A DNA stretch of 64,000 bases from Candidatus Bruticola sp. (lineage in GTDB: Bacteria; Vulcanimicrobiota; Xenobia; Xenobiales; Xenobiaceae), in contig JBJEGD010000040.1 of NCBI GenBank assembly GCA_051874735.1, positions 1 to 64,000 of the forward strand, in the 5' to 3' direction. The notes beneath the pieces were generated by a model, which saw only the letters and a list, made by a program, of their open reading frames with translations, did not search any database and was not told the DNA's origin. Both the position numbers and the translations under genes were made by a program. This document shows positions 1 to 9,805 of the stretch, one piece after another (position 1 is the first letter of the stretch; each line of letters begins with the position of its first letter).

Positions 1-34
1 TGGTTTAGAAGTTGCTGTTCAAAAGTTTTTCAAT

Positions 35-77
35 AAAAAAAGAACGTTCTGTTAATTAAACAGGGCGTTTTTTTTTG
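35..77. terminator. Probable intrinsic terminator hairpin
   Basis: A-run, AACGTTCTGTT / AACAGGGCGTT inverted repeat (with GU pairs), then a T-run. Confidence 0.6.
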
Positions 78-351
78 CTTTTACGGTAAATCGTAGCGTG
101 TTACTCGGCTTGGGCAATTTTAGTGTATCGCTCTGCGTCCTTTGTCAATAAGTAAAGTCGTTTTGCTCTCAATTTGCAGAGAAGGCGGCAGCTAAAGAAA
201 AAGTAAGGGATGGGCTTTGTCTAGTCTGATTGAGTCGGTTTTATCTAAGCGGCAGGGAGTTCTAAGCTTGAGAAGAATTCGCCAGCCATATTGGTTAAGG
301 CGGATTTTGAAAGTTCGTTCCAGTTAAGCCCTTTTGCAGGAGTTTTTATCT

Positions 352-963
352 ATGATGTTCAGTGGTGAAAGAGCCCAGCTTATCCCTATGGTTATCGAGC
401 AGACGGCTCGAGGAGAGCGCGCTTACGATATTTATTCCCGTCTGCTTAAAAATCGCATTATTTTTGTGGGCGATGAAATAGACAACGAATTGGCAAATTT
501 AGTTATGGCTCAGCTCCTCTATCTTGAGCAGGAAGATCCCGATAAAGATATTGATATTTATATTAACAGCCCTGGTGGTTCTGTGACGGCTGGTTTAGGA
601 ATGTACGACTGTATGCAGCTGATCAAACCTGATGTGTCTTGTATATGCATCGGTATGGCTGCTAGTGCAGCGGCTGTTTTGTTGGCTGGTGGATGTAAAG
701 GCAAGCGTTTTGCTCTTCCTAATTCCCGTATCATGATTCATCAGCCTTGGATTGGTGAAATAGGTGGTCAAGCTACTGATATTGATATACATGCTAAGCA
801 AATTTTGAAAACACGCGAGCGGCTTAATCGAATTCTATCTGAACATACTGGACAGCCCTACGAAAAAGTGTGTCAAGATACTGAGCGCGATTATTATATG
901 TCTAGTTCAGAAGCTCTAGAGTACGGTATTATAGACGCCGTCATGACTAATGATAAGCGCTGA
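352..963 (+). CDS. clpP: ATP-dependent Clp protease proteolytic subunit
   Basis: Motifs [26 protein letters not shown] (catalytic Ser) and RIMIHQP (His). Start set to ATG 352, downstream of AGGAG. Confidence 0.97.
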   Translation: MMFSGERAQLIPMVIEQTARGERAYDIYSRLLKNRIIFVGDEIDNELANLVMAQLLYLEQEDPDKDIDIYINSPGGSVTAGLGMYDCMQLIKPDVSCICIGMAASAAAVLLAGGCKGKRFALPNSRIMIHQPWIGEIGGQATDIDIHAKQILKTRERLNRILSEHTGQPYEKVCQDTERDYYMSSSEALEYGIIDAVMTNDKR

Positions 964-996
964 AATTAAACTATTAACAAGTTAAATGGGCCAACG

Positions 997-1060
997 GACG
1001 GCTTGAGCTTCGCTCCTTCTGTGTAAAAGAAAAAGCAAAGTAGAGGCTGTCCTTTTTTTA
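997..1060 (+). terminator. Possible terminator after clpP
   Basis: GGACGGCTT...AGGCTGTCC stem with a long loop, followed by a T-run. Confidence 0.4.
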
Positions 1061-1097
1061 TAATTTTAATACCCTCAATAAAGTTGGATAAAAGACA

Positions 1098-1994
1098 ATG
1101 TATAAATACTCTTCCGACGATTCAGAACATTTGTGCGGTTGTGGACTCGATATCGGCGGTACGCTTACTAAAATAGCCGTAGCTCGTCCGGGTGAGGAAT
1201 TAGTACTAACTTTTTTAAAAAATTACACCTGTCAGAAAATACTCGATTATGTAATGGACTTGGGAGTGCAGTTCTGCGGAGTTACTGGCAGTGGAGCGGC
1301 GGAATTTCGTCATAAAGCTCGCCTGTGTGTCGATCAGGGAAAAGAGGCTCCTTCTGTTTTCTGTGTTAACGAATTTGTGGCTTGGGGAGCCGGGGCGGCT
1401 AAACTTCTTCCTGGATCTAGTGGAGTGGAATTGCCTTATATTTTAGGCTCAGTAGGTACTGGTACTTCTTTGTTGCTGGTGAATGGAGTTTCTATCAGCA
1501 GAATAGGCGGATCCGCTTTGGGCGGTGGCACTATTTTAGGGCTAGGGCGGGCTCTAGTACCAGGCAGCAGCTTTGAAGACGTTTGCCGTTTGGCTGCTGA
1601 GGGCAAACGCTCGGGAGTCGACTTACTGTTAAAAGATATTTACGCTCCAGGACAGGTGGGTATAGGCGATAATATCACCGCTTCTAATTTTGGCCGTTTA
1701 GCTGGAGACAAAGAAATTCCGCGTCCCAGTAACGCCGATATTATGGCTGGCATTATAAGCATGGTGGGAGAAAATATTGCTTTAATAGCTTCTGGAATGA
1801 TGAATTTGTACCGCACGCACACTATAGTTTACGCTGGTTCTACTTTGCGCAATAATTCAGTTTTGCGTATGTCGCTGCTTAGAGCTGGAGCTTTGCTCAA
1901 TCATAAAGCCATTATTTTAGAGAGGGGAGAATTCAGCGGAGCAGTAGGGGCTTATCAGTTGGGATTATCTAACTGGAGTTTGCGATACTCTTGA
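1098..1994 (+). CDS. coaW: Type II pantothenate kinase (CoaW/fumble-like)
   Basis: Motifs GLDIGGTLTK, VNEF, GTGTS, RIGGSALGGGT and TASNFG of the ASKHA type II PanK family. Confidence 0.85.
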   Translation: MYKYSSDDSEHLCGCGLDIGGTLTKIAVARPGEELVLTFLKNYTCQKILDYVMDLGVQFCGVTGSGAAEFRHKARLCVDQGKEAPSVFCVNEFVAWGAGAAKLLPGSSGVELPYILGSVGTGTSLLLVNGVSISRIGGSALGGGTILGLGRALVPGSSFEDVCRLAAEGKRSGVDLLLKDIYAPGQVGIGDNITASNFGRLAGDKEIPRPSNADIMAGIISMVGENIALIASGMMNLYRTHTIVYAGSTLRNNSVLRMSLLRAGALLNHKAIILERGEFSGAVGAYQLGLSNWSLRYS

Positions 1995-2036
1995 GAGATG
2001 AGAGCCTAGCAGTAGTCAGTTGCGTGCGGCTGTAAA

Positions 2037-2096
2037 CAGCCCGGCAAAACTTGAGGACAATCTCAAATAATAATCTGTCCTGTGGTTGCCGGGCTG
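2037..2096. terminator. Inverted repeat between convergent genes
   Basis: CAGCCCGGCAA...TTGCCGGGCTG outer stem with AGGACA/TGTCCT inner stem. Confidence 0.55.
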
Positions 2097-2111
2097 AACC
2101 TAAAATACTAT

Positions 2112-2945
2112 TTAACGGTTGGCTTCTGGGCCAAAACGCTCTTTTATTTTCATGTAATCTTCCTCTGACATATATTGACGCAGGGTATCTAAAGAAGCTC
2201 TGGCTGAGTTGACTCTATTGGGATCGTACTTGTTATTGGCTTCTTTGCTGGCTTGTTTAAAAATCGATTTCAGTTCGCTGTCGCTAGCTTGTCCCTTCGA
2301 CTCAAAATAGCGGGCGGCTACTTCGCCTAAACCGTAAGTCCAGCCAAAAATAAAGGGAGCGCTGACCAATGAACCTATGAGAGGTATCAAGTTGCTCAAA
2401 AATAAGGCTGTCAACTCACCGAAGAGGCTCGCACTGCATGAACCGGCAATAATAGCCAAAATTCGCTTGGGAGTTTCAGTTACTCCGTAAGCTTTGCCTA
2501 CAGCGATAACCATAGCTGACTGGATGGGCATTAGCAGTACCAAATCGCAGAAGGGAATGGGTACAAGTACGATAGCCGCTGCCCAGAGTGAAAAATTCAT
2601 AATTGTTTCTTCTGCTAATTCTCGTTTGTTGGTATTTTCGTCGTCATCGTTAAAGAAATCGCTCAAAGGAGGCAGCGGTCTGGAAGCGTCGCGATTCAAA
2701 GGGGTTGACGGAGCATAAGCTGTTGAGCTGAATTCTGGTCTGCTGCTGTCAGGAAAGTCGTAAGAATGGAAGAATTGAGGTACAGAATTGGCTGTCGGGG
2801 TTGCAGAAATAGGCGGAACTGAACAATTTTGGTTATCTGCCTGGCCGGGAATTGGACGGCGCGTGCGCACCTGATGGCCGCAAATATTACAAAAACGGGC
2901 GTTATCTCTAAGTTGAGATCCGCATTTATTGCAAAACTTTGCCAT
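2112..2945 (-). CDS. Zinc-ribbon plus DUF697/YcjF-like membrane domain protein
   Basis: N-terminal FCNKCG...FCNICG zinc ribbon, Pro/Ser linker, then VPIPFCDLVLLMPIQSAMV...IPLIG...TYGLG. Confidence 0.7.
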   Translation of the reverse strand: MAKFCNKCGSQLRDNARFCNICGHQVRTRRPIPGQADNQNCSVPPISATPTANSVPQFFHSYDFPDSSRPEFSSTAYAPSTPLNRDASRPLPPLSDFFNDDDENTNKRELAEETIMNFSLWAAAIVLVPIPFCDLVLLMPIQSAMVIAVGKAYGVTETPKRILAIIAGSCSASLFGELTALFLSNLIPLIGSLVSAPFIFGWTYGLGEVAARYFESKGQASDSELKSIFKQASKEANNKYDPNRVNSARASLDTLRQYMSEEDYMKIKERFGPEANR

Positions 2946-3123
2946 GAAAAAAACCTTCTGTAGACTCTTCCTTTTGGGTGTAGGGGGTAACCTTCGCCGC
3001 TTTTAGTTTTTAAGCCTGCAACTTCGAGTTGGGCCCTAACTATTTGATAGGGGGAAAGTTCGAAGAAAGCGAAAGTAACGCAAGTGGGGGTATAGTTTTT
3101 GCAAAGGCGGGTTTCATTTTTTT

Positions 3124-5058
3124 ATGAGTGATTCTAATCAACTAGATTCAGAACAGCTTGTAATGGCTGATAAGGCTTATGCTGAGAATTTTTCCGATCA
3201 TCACATCGATGGTGGTGCTGATTCGCAATTGACCAATTATGAAACAGTAAATCACAATAGTACGCCGAGTTCATCCGCCGGATCCAAGTCTAAATCTAAA
3301 CTTTATTTAGCTGCAGTTGTAATTATATCCCTATTATGTATAGTTGCAGGCGTGTTTTATTTCTTCTTATGCAGTGGCCGGGGGATGCAAAATGTAGTGC
3401 TAGAAGCGGCCAGAATCGCTCCCAAAGATTGTGCTGCTGTCGTAGCTGTCGATTTACGCCGCGAAGAAAGTTTAAATCAGGCTTTCAGTATCATATTGTC
3501 TAGTGTGAGCAACAATGACATTACTAAGCAGGCTATTGAAAAAATTATTCCTAAAGAAGTTGTAATGGATATTGAGAAGCTGGCTGAGCATGCTGAAGGA
3601 GCTGGAGCCTTTATATTGCGATTGCGTGTGGATAACGCCGTTTCGCCTGAAGTTGTTTACATTCAGGAATTTAAAAACGGTGCCCCGATCACAAAAATCA
3701 TGCAAGATATGCAGCAGCGTGCTGTTAAAAAGAACCCTAAGCTGAAATATACTTCGACGCGGGTTGCTAACTGCACTGTATATTACCCAGACAACCAATC
3801 AGGTCTTTCCTGGGCTGTCAGAGGATCTGAACTCTACGTATCTCTTTCAGGAGCCATGCTGCAAACTATTTTGACTCCTAGAGAAGAATCTGAGTCTATG
3901 TTGGCTAATGCCGAGTTTACTAAAAATATCGGCAAAATAGATAATAATACTCTTAGCTTTGGCTTCATTGATATTAAACGCATAGTGACCGATCTTCACA
4001 TAAAAGAAGCCATGCAGCAGTGTAAAATTGACAAGGAAGTCACTGATATTATCAGTTCTTTGAATAACTTGTGTTTCCGCGGCGATATCGTGTCTTCTAA
4101 TGGCAGACGCGTTAAATTTACGACCCAGCTTAATTGTGATTCTGCGCTTTACGGAGTTTACGGTCAGCGCATTTTTAACAGTATAAATAATGTTGATTTT
4201 AAAACGCTGAAGTGCCATCCTGTTTCTAATAGTAGTGTAATCGGCTTCAATCTGCGAGTTATTTGGAACTTAGTTTACGTAGCTTGTGGTCTCAATGAGG
4301 AAACTAAACAGTACCGCGAGTTGCCTGATGCCATGCTGAGCCGGATTGGATACAGTATGGACAAGCTCTTCGATATATTTACTGGCGAATGTTGTACCTC
4401 TATTGGCGGGTTAGGGCGCGTCAACGGCAATGGAATGTTCAATGAAAGTTATCAAAACAATTCCAATGCCTTTTTGCAAGAAATTAAAGACTATCCCGTT
4501 ATAGTAACTTTGGGCGTTAAAGATATCCAAAAACTGAATAAGCTGCTCAGTAAGATTCCCCAATTATCTATGTCTTTACTGTTGTGCCAATCTCACCAGG
4601 TGGGCGAGTATACCGTTTATGAACTGCCTCATGAAAAGGGCTGTTATTTCGTTTTAGGACCGCAGTATATCGCTCTAGCTTTTAGGGTCGCTGAAAGTAA
4701 AGAACAATTTGATCAGCTGATTATGGGTAAAGGACAGGCGTGGGATAAGGTCCCAGTAATCGCTCAAGCTGCTAATAATGGCCAGCTCAATGGTTTGGCT
4801 ATTAGTTGCGAAAATATTGGAGCTAATCGTTTGGAAACGGCTGCCGCTCTCGCCCAACGAATCTCTTCAGGGGATCCAAAGTCTAAACTGCTCAAACAAG
4901 CTAAGGAAGCTTGCGAAGTGATGGGCCATTCTTTAGGGTACAGCTCTTTCCATATCTATGCCCAAAAAGATAAGATCGCTTCTGAATTGATTATGGAACT
5001 GTCTGCTGTTCCAGCAGTTCCCGTAGCTGAAAAGAAAGAAAACTCTAAAAATAGCTAA
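3124..5058 (+). CDS. Membrane-anchored hypothetical protein (DUF3352-like architecture)
   Basis: 644-aa ORF with one TM at about aa 60-83 and a large alpha/beta extracytoplasmic domain. Confidence 0.55.
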   Translation: MSDSNQLDSEQLVMADKAYAENFSDHHIDGGADSQLTNYETVNHNSTPSSSAGSKSKSKLYLAAVVIISLLCIVAGVFYFFLCSGRGMQNVVLEAARIAPKDCAAVVAVDLRREESLNQAFSIILSSVSNNDITKQAIEKIIPKEVVMDIEKLAEHAEGAGAFILRLRVDNAVSPEVVYIQEFKNGAPITKIMQDMQQRAVKKNPKLKYTSTRVANCTVYYPDNQSGLSWAVRGSELYVSLSGAMLQTILTPREESESMLANAEFTKNIGKIDNNTLSFGFIDIKRIVTDLHIKEAMQQCKIDKEVTDIISSLNNLCFRGDIVSSNGRRVKFTTQLNCDSALYGVYGQRIFNSINNVDFKTLKCHPVSNSSVIGFNLRVIWNLVYVACGLNEETKQYRELPDAMLSRIGYSMDKLFDIFTGECCTSIGGLGRVNGNGMFNESYQNNSNAFLQEIKDYPVIVTLGVKDIQKLNKLLSKIPQLSMSLLLCQSHQVGEYTVYELPHEKGCYFVLGPQYIALAFRVAESKEQFDQLIMGKGQAWDKVPVIAQAANNGQLNGLAISCENIGANRLETAAALAQRISSGDPKSKLLKQAKEACEVMGHSLGYSSFHIYAQKDKIASELIMELSAVPAVPVAEKKENSKNS

Positions 5059-5130
5059 AAAACAGCTTATAAAAGAGGCAGTAATAAGTAAACTTGTTTA
5101 GGCAATGTAAGTTTATAATGCTGTCTAAAG

Positions 5131-5170
5131 GGCCGATTCAGTTAGTTCTTTTAATCTGACTGAATCGGCC
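5131..5170. terminator. Bidirectional terminator
   Basis: GGCCGATTCAGTTAG...CTGACTGAATCGGCC near-perfect stem between convergent genes. Confidence 0.75.
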
Positions 5171-5191
5171 ATTTATTTTTGATCTTGACAT

Positions 5192-6289
5192 TTAATTTAA
5201 GTTTGTTTGCTGGATAAAGCCATTAATTTTATCAGCCCAAAATTTATGAGCCACAGGAGCAGGATGGAAATCTAATCTGTTCATAACGTGATACTCTGGC
5301 AAATAAAGTTGTTCGCAGTTAGCATCTATGAAATGTATGGAGGAATCGGGTAACTTATCTGATTCTCGATCACCTGAATTTTGCCAAATTGAATCGTATT
5401 TGTTAGGGGCAGCCGTAAGCCAATTGCTAGAAGTATCTAGGCTAGCTACCGCTAAAATGGCGCCGTGGCGGCGGCAAAGCTGCTCCATTTCCCCAATTAA
5501 ATGACGGTATAAAGCTTGAGCTGCTTCTTTATTGAAATTTATGCGGCGGCTGCGATCGATGAGTCTGTTTATATAAAGGCGGTTGGCAAAGTTGACTGTA
5601 TACAGGTATTGTTCGCCAGGCCAGGATAAGTGGCGCAGAGGATGAAAGATAAAATTATCTGAGGGTTGCAGTTCAAAGTAAGGAGTTTCTATAAAATCGA
5701 AAGCTTCGGCTGTTTTGCCGAATATGCGGCAGGAAACGTTGCGCATTAAATGATCGTTTATGAAAGCATAAATAACTAAGCGAGGTCTTTCGCCGGCTGC
5801 AAACATTTTTTCCAAACGTTTTAAACATTGGTAAGTGCTGTAGCCAATAACGCCGCAGTTAGTAAAGTTGAAGCGCTGTTGGCTATCGTTCAAACGCCAG
5901 CAAAATGTGTCTTTATCTTTTACGCCCATGCCGAAAGTGTAGGAACAGCCCAGAATTAGAGCCGGCAGAGGGTGAACCGCCTTCGAGTTTTGCTCAGATA
6001 GAGAATTGCGTTTGGACGCTTCCGGAGAAAGACTGACTCGGCAAAAGTTGCTCAAGACTGTAGCTGAGGCCTGGGGATCTTCTTTAGAATAGGAAGTACC
6101 TGGAGCGGGCAGCCAGCCGCAGTCCCGATCATCGATGTGTTTTATATGCAAAGTGTTTTGACCAGGCATCGGATAGCTGTTGTGTCTAAGATAAAGTTCG
6201 CCGACACCTAAAATCATTATTAAGAATATTAAAATTGAACCGCAAATTTTTCGCATAATTAAGCTGAAAGCCGCTTTCAAAATTATCAA
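5192..6289 (-). CDS. Membrane-anchored SGNH/GDSL-like hydrolase or acyltransferase
   Basis: N-terminal TM; block I LGCSYTFG, block II NCGVIGYS, block III FIND, C-terminal DFHP. Start may be slightly downstream. Confidence 0.7.
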   Translation of the reverse strand: MIILKAAFSLIMRKICGSILIFLIMILGVGELYLRHNSYPMPGQNTLHIKHIDDRDCGWLPAPGTSYSKEDPQASATVLSNFCRVSLSPEASKRNSLSEQNSKAVHPLPALILGCSYTFGMGVKDKDTFCWRLNDSQQRFNFTNCGVIGYSTYQCLKRLEKMFAAGERPRLVIYAFINDHLMRNVSCRIFGKTAEAFDFIETPYFELQPSDNFIFHPLRHLSWPGEQYLYTVNFANRLYINRLIDRSRRINFNKEAAQALYRHLIGEMEQLCRRHGAILAVASLDTSSNWLTAAPNKYDSIWQNSGDRESDKLPDSSIHFIDANCEQLYLPEYHVMNRLDFHPAPVAHKFWADKINGFIQQTNLN

Positions 6290-6398
6290 AAAAATCTATT
6301 GCATATTAAGTTATATTTATGCATCTGCCAATATTTCCGTAAAAAAATTACTTCTCCTAAAAAACTCTGAGGAAGGGGTTTTTTTTTGACTTTTTTTA

Positions 6399-6407
6399 TG
6401 GTATAAT
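6399..6407 (+). promoter_or_regulatory. Extended -10 sigma70-type promoter for rpmE
   Basis: TGGTATAAT (TG-n-TATAAT) about 95 nt upstream of the rpmE start. Confidence 0.6.
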
Positions 6408-6502
6408 GAGCGCCGTTCATGCTGGGCAGACAAAAAACCTGGCAATTTAGTGACCCTGAAGCCGGCACGAGGCGCGGTAAAGGGTACAGTGAGGGTAAAA
6501 AC

Positions 6503-6706
6503 GTGAAAGCAAATACTCATCCGAAGCTGCACAAGACAACTATCCGTTGCTCTTGCGGCAACACTTTTGAGACCCTGGCTACCTTGGAAGACATGCGCGT
6601 TGAAATCTGCAGCGCTTGTCATCCTTTCTACACCGGTAAAAAGCGTGCTGTTGCTCGCGAGGGACAGGTAGAGAAGTTCCGTCAGCGTTATAAAATTAAA
6701 GATTAA
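6503..6706 (+). CDS. rpmE: 50S ribosomal protein L31 (Zn-binding CxC/CxxC type)
   Basis: MKANTHP...CSCGNTF...EICSACHPFYTG. GTG start at 6503 after GAGGG. Confidence 0.95.
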   Translation: MKANTHPKLHKTTIRCSCGNTFETLATLEDMRVEICSACHPFYTGKKRAVAREGQVEKFRQRYKIKD

Positions 6707-6743
6707 TTTGTGATGGGCTGGCTTTAGGCCGGTTTTGCGGAGT

Positions 6744-6778
6744 AGCGTTTCTAGGGGAGTCCCCTCGGGAACGCTTTC
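6744..6778 (+). terminator. Hairpin after rpmE
   Basis: AGCGTTTCTAGGGGAGTCCCCTCGGGAACGCT stem-loop. Confidence 0.5.
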
Positions 6779-6880
6779 TGCGTATTAGGGGAAAATTTTA
6801 CGCCATCCCTGTAATTTTATTCAGACAGCGGATACTGTTAGGTATATCGTTGTTTTTTGTAGTTTTTTGAGGTACGAATT

Positions 6881-7963
6881 ATGCTCGATTTATCCAAGCT
6901 TAAGGAAATGGAGCGTCGCTTTGAAGAGCTCGAACACAGTTTGTGCAATCCCGAAGTATTGAGCAATCCTGCCGAGTATCAGAAGCTTTCTAAAGAACGC
7001 AAGTCTATTGAGGAAGTTGCTCTGCGCTCTCGGGATTTAGGTAATGTTGTCGAGCATATTGCTGAGAGCCACCGGGCCCTCACTAACGAAAGCGACGCCG
7101 AGATGCGAGAACTTTATCGCGGCGAGATTGAAGAGCTGGAAGCACGTCGTCTGCAATTAGAAGAGGAACTAACTCGTTTGCTTCTGCCTCGCGATCCTTA
7201 CGCTGGACGCAACGTTATTGTAGAAATACGTCCTGCCGCAGGCGGTGAAGAGTCTGCTCTGTTTGCTCAGGAAATTTTCCGTATGTATTTGTATTATGCT
7301 GAGCGTATGGGTTGGAAGACGGAAATTTTAGCTCGTCAGGATACCGATCTGGGAGGCATGAAAGAAGTTACTTTTTCTATAACTGGCCACGATGTCTACC
7401 AACATATGAAATTTGAGAGCGGTGTCCATCGCGTGCAGCGCGTGCCTGCGACTGAAGCTTCTGGACGCATTCACACTTCTACTGTTACTGTGGCTGTATT
7501 GCCCGAAGTCGACAGCGTCGATGAAGTGCCGATTAATGAAAAAGATCTCCGCATCGATACTTATCGTTCTTCCGGTGCCGGCGGACAACACGTAAATAAA
7601 ACTGAGTCAGCCATCCGTATTACTCACCTGCCTACCGGTTTAGTGGTGACTTGCCAAGATGAGCGCTCTCAGCGTCAAAACCGCGAAAAGGCTATGCGCA
7701 TTCTCCAGGCCCGCCTGTTGGAAATTGAGAGGCAGAAAGCTGAGGATGAGCTCACCTCGAATAGGCGTTCACAGGTAGGACAGGGTGATCGCTCCGAAAA
7801 AATTCGCACTTACAATTTCCCCCAGAGCCGTGTTACCGATCACCGCATCGGATTTACGGTGCACAACATAAGTGCTGTAATGGGCGGAGAACTCGATGAT
7901 ATAGTTAAAGCTCTCTGTGAGAATGAACAGAAAGAGCTTATGGAAAAACTGGGGCAAGATTAA
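6881..7963 (+). CDS. prfA: Peptide chain release factor 1
   Basis: ESGVHRVQRVPATE (PAT specificity motif), SSGAGGQHVN (GGQ), and rpmE-prfA-prmC synteny. Confidence 0.97.
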   Translation: MLDLSKLKEMERRFEELEHSLCNPEVLSNPAEYQKLSKERKSIEEVALRSRDLGNVVEHIAESHRALTNESDAEMRELYRGEIEELEARRLQLEEELTRLLLPRDPYAGRNVIVEIRPAAGGEESALFAQEIFRMYLYYAERMGWKTEILARQDTDLGGMKEVTFSITGHDVYQHMKFESGVHRVQRVPATEASGRIHTSTVTVAVLPEVDSVDEVPINEKDLRIDTYRSSGAGGQHVNKTESAIRITHLPTGLVVTCQDERSQRQNREKAMRILQARLLEIERQKAEDELTSNRRSQVGQGDRSEKIRTYNFPQSRVTDHRIGFTVHNISAVMGGELDDIVKALCENEQKELMEKLGQD

Positions 7964-8041
7964 TTAGAGAGGCACATCTGTCCGGGCAGACCGGGCCTAA
8001 GTATTTCGCAATGTATTCAATATCAGCAAGAGTTAGCGATC

Positions 8042-9010
8042 GTGGCTGACCTCTATAGCTCTTTTCCGAATCCGCCCCGTCTGGAGCAGGTGCTCAGATG
8101 GGGTAAAGAACTTTTGCTCAGCGGCGGATTTTCTGGAAGTGAAGCGCGGCGTGAGTGCGAAATTCTTGTCGGGGCTTTGGCGAGTTTTACTGAAGCTCAG
8201 CTGTTCACTCAATCTGAGATGGTGCTGCCAGATGATATATGCGCCAAAGTTGCAGAGGGACTGCAGCGCCGTTTGCAAGGAGAGCCTGTCGCCTATATTT
8301 TAGGTCGGCGCGGTTTTTACGGTTTCACTTTCTCTGTCGGCGCAGGTGTACTCATTCCGCGGCCGGAAACTGAACTATTAGTTGATACGGTCATAAATTG
8401 GATCGATCAATTCCCGAATGAGGGGGGGGCTAATTCCGAGCTCATGGGCGTGAGACGCCGTCCTCGAATTCTCGACTTATGCACTGGGAGCGGTTGTGTG
8501 GCCTTAACAATCAAGGCCTTGCGTTTGGAAGCTGTGGTAGAAGCTCAAGATATATCTGAGCGAACTTACAGTTATTTTGCTGAAAATAGGCGCAATTTGC
8601 AGCTTGAAGATCGGGTAGCTTGGCATGGAGGCGACCTTTTTGAACGTATAAATAGTCGCTTCAATTTTATAGTCGCCAATCCGCCCTATATAGGCACTTG
8701 CGAAGGGCCTAAGGCTGAGCAGTCTGTAGCTTTATATGAGCCGTCTTTAGCTCTCTTCAGTGGAAGCGACGGACTCGATTTAATTAAACGTTTAGTAAGC
8801 CTAGCTCCGGCTTATTTGGAACCCGGCGGCAGTTTGGCCTTAGAAATTGGGTGCAATCAAGGGGAGGCGGTCGCTTCTCTAATGAGTTCGGCTGGGTTCA
8901 AAAATGTAACCATCTTAAAAGATTTTAACAATTTAGACAGAGTTGTCTGCGGACATCGGCGGCAGGAAACAGCCGGGTTTGACAAACATCACTCAGAACA
9001 GCTTATTTAA
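8042..9010 (+). CDS. prmC: Release factor glutamine methyltransferase
   Basis: EPVAYILG, VLIPRPETE, LDLCTGSG, NPPY; follows prfA. Confidence 0.95.
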   Translation: MADLYSSFPNPPRLEQVLRWGKELLLSGGFSGSEARRECEILVGALASFTEAQLFTQSEMVLPDDICAKVAEGLQRRLQGEPVAYILGRRGFYGFTFSVGAGVLIPRPETELLVDTVINWIDQFPNEGGANSELMGVRRRPRILDLCTGSGCVALTIKALRLEAVVEAQDISERTYSYFAENRRNLQLEDRVAWHGGDLFERINSRFNFIVANPPYIGTCEGPKAEQSVALYEPSLALFSGSDGLDLIKRLVSLAPAYLEPGGSLALEIGCNQGEAVASLMSSAGFKNVTILKDFNNLDRVVCGHRRQETAGFDKHHSEQLI

Positions 9011-9036
9011 TCTGATGTTGAGGATTGGTATATATT

Positions 9037-9666
9037 ATGGGTAGTTCTAAACTTGAGGAACAGTGCTTAGAAGCCTCTAAAATGCGTGATGAGTATGAGC
9101 GGGAGGGAGGTTTCAGTTCTAAAGTTTGGGATGATGACGCCATCCGTTACCGCAATGAAATTTCTGATCCGGCCAGACGTGCCGTGATCTTCGCTATGCA
9201 GGCTCTTTATCAGTGGGAAACTAATTATCGCAGTCAGGTTGCTGAAGACTTGTGTACCCCTCAAATTCGCAGCTTAATCTTGTCCGATATTTTGTACTAC
9301 GAAGCAGATTCTGTTGTTAGAGAGTTGGCGAGTCGCATTTTTGTTGGCGTTTGTTGCCATGAGCAGGAAATTGATGAGATTCTGCGTCGTCATATTACTT
9401 GTAATTGGAAGATAAGCCGTTTAGCCTATGTAGAGCGCAGCTTGCTCCGTATAGGTGTTTTTTGTCTTATTTTTGATAAGAAAGAGACTCGCCGGGATAA
9501 GACGGTTATTAACTGCTGTTCAGAGCTTTCTGGAGAATATTCAAATGAGCGTTCTAAAAACTTCATATACGGAGTTTTGCGCGAAGTAAGCAAAGAAAAA
9601 GTTCCCAATAGTCAACCAGGGAAGCAAGAAACTCATACAGAGGAAGCTGAACCTAATGCAGAATAG
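9037..9666 (+). CDS. nusB: Transcription antitermination factor NusB (divergent, N-terminally extended)
   Basis: AMQALYQWE, IDEIL...NWKISRLAYVERSLLRIG, VIN...ELSGEYS...FIYGVL. Start uncertain (9025 or 9037). Confidence 0.8.
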   Translation: MGSSKLEEQCLEASKMRDEYEREGGFSSKVWDDDAIRYRNEISDPARRAVIFAMQALYQWETNYRSQVAEDLCTPQIRSLILSDILYYEADSVVRELASRIFVGVCCHEQEIDEILRRHITCNWKISRLAYVERSLLRIGVFCLIFDKKETRRDKTVINCCSELSGEYSNERSKNFIYGVLREVSKEKVPNSQPGKQETHTEEAEPNAE

Positions 9667-9805
9667 GTTTTAATTAACTATTCAGTGGCAGTTAAAAGGC
9701 CTCACGGTTGTTTTGTTTAAGAAAGCAATTCTTTTAAGGAGAGAGCTGTTCGGCAACGAAGCTGCTTTCGTTAATTCTGCAAATATAATAGGTAAGTAAA
9801 GTTTA

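Noticed and set aside
6386-6407. TTGACT...TATAAT as a -35/-10 pair
   Set aside because: The spacer is only 10 nt; interpreted instead as an extended -10 promoter.
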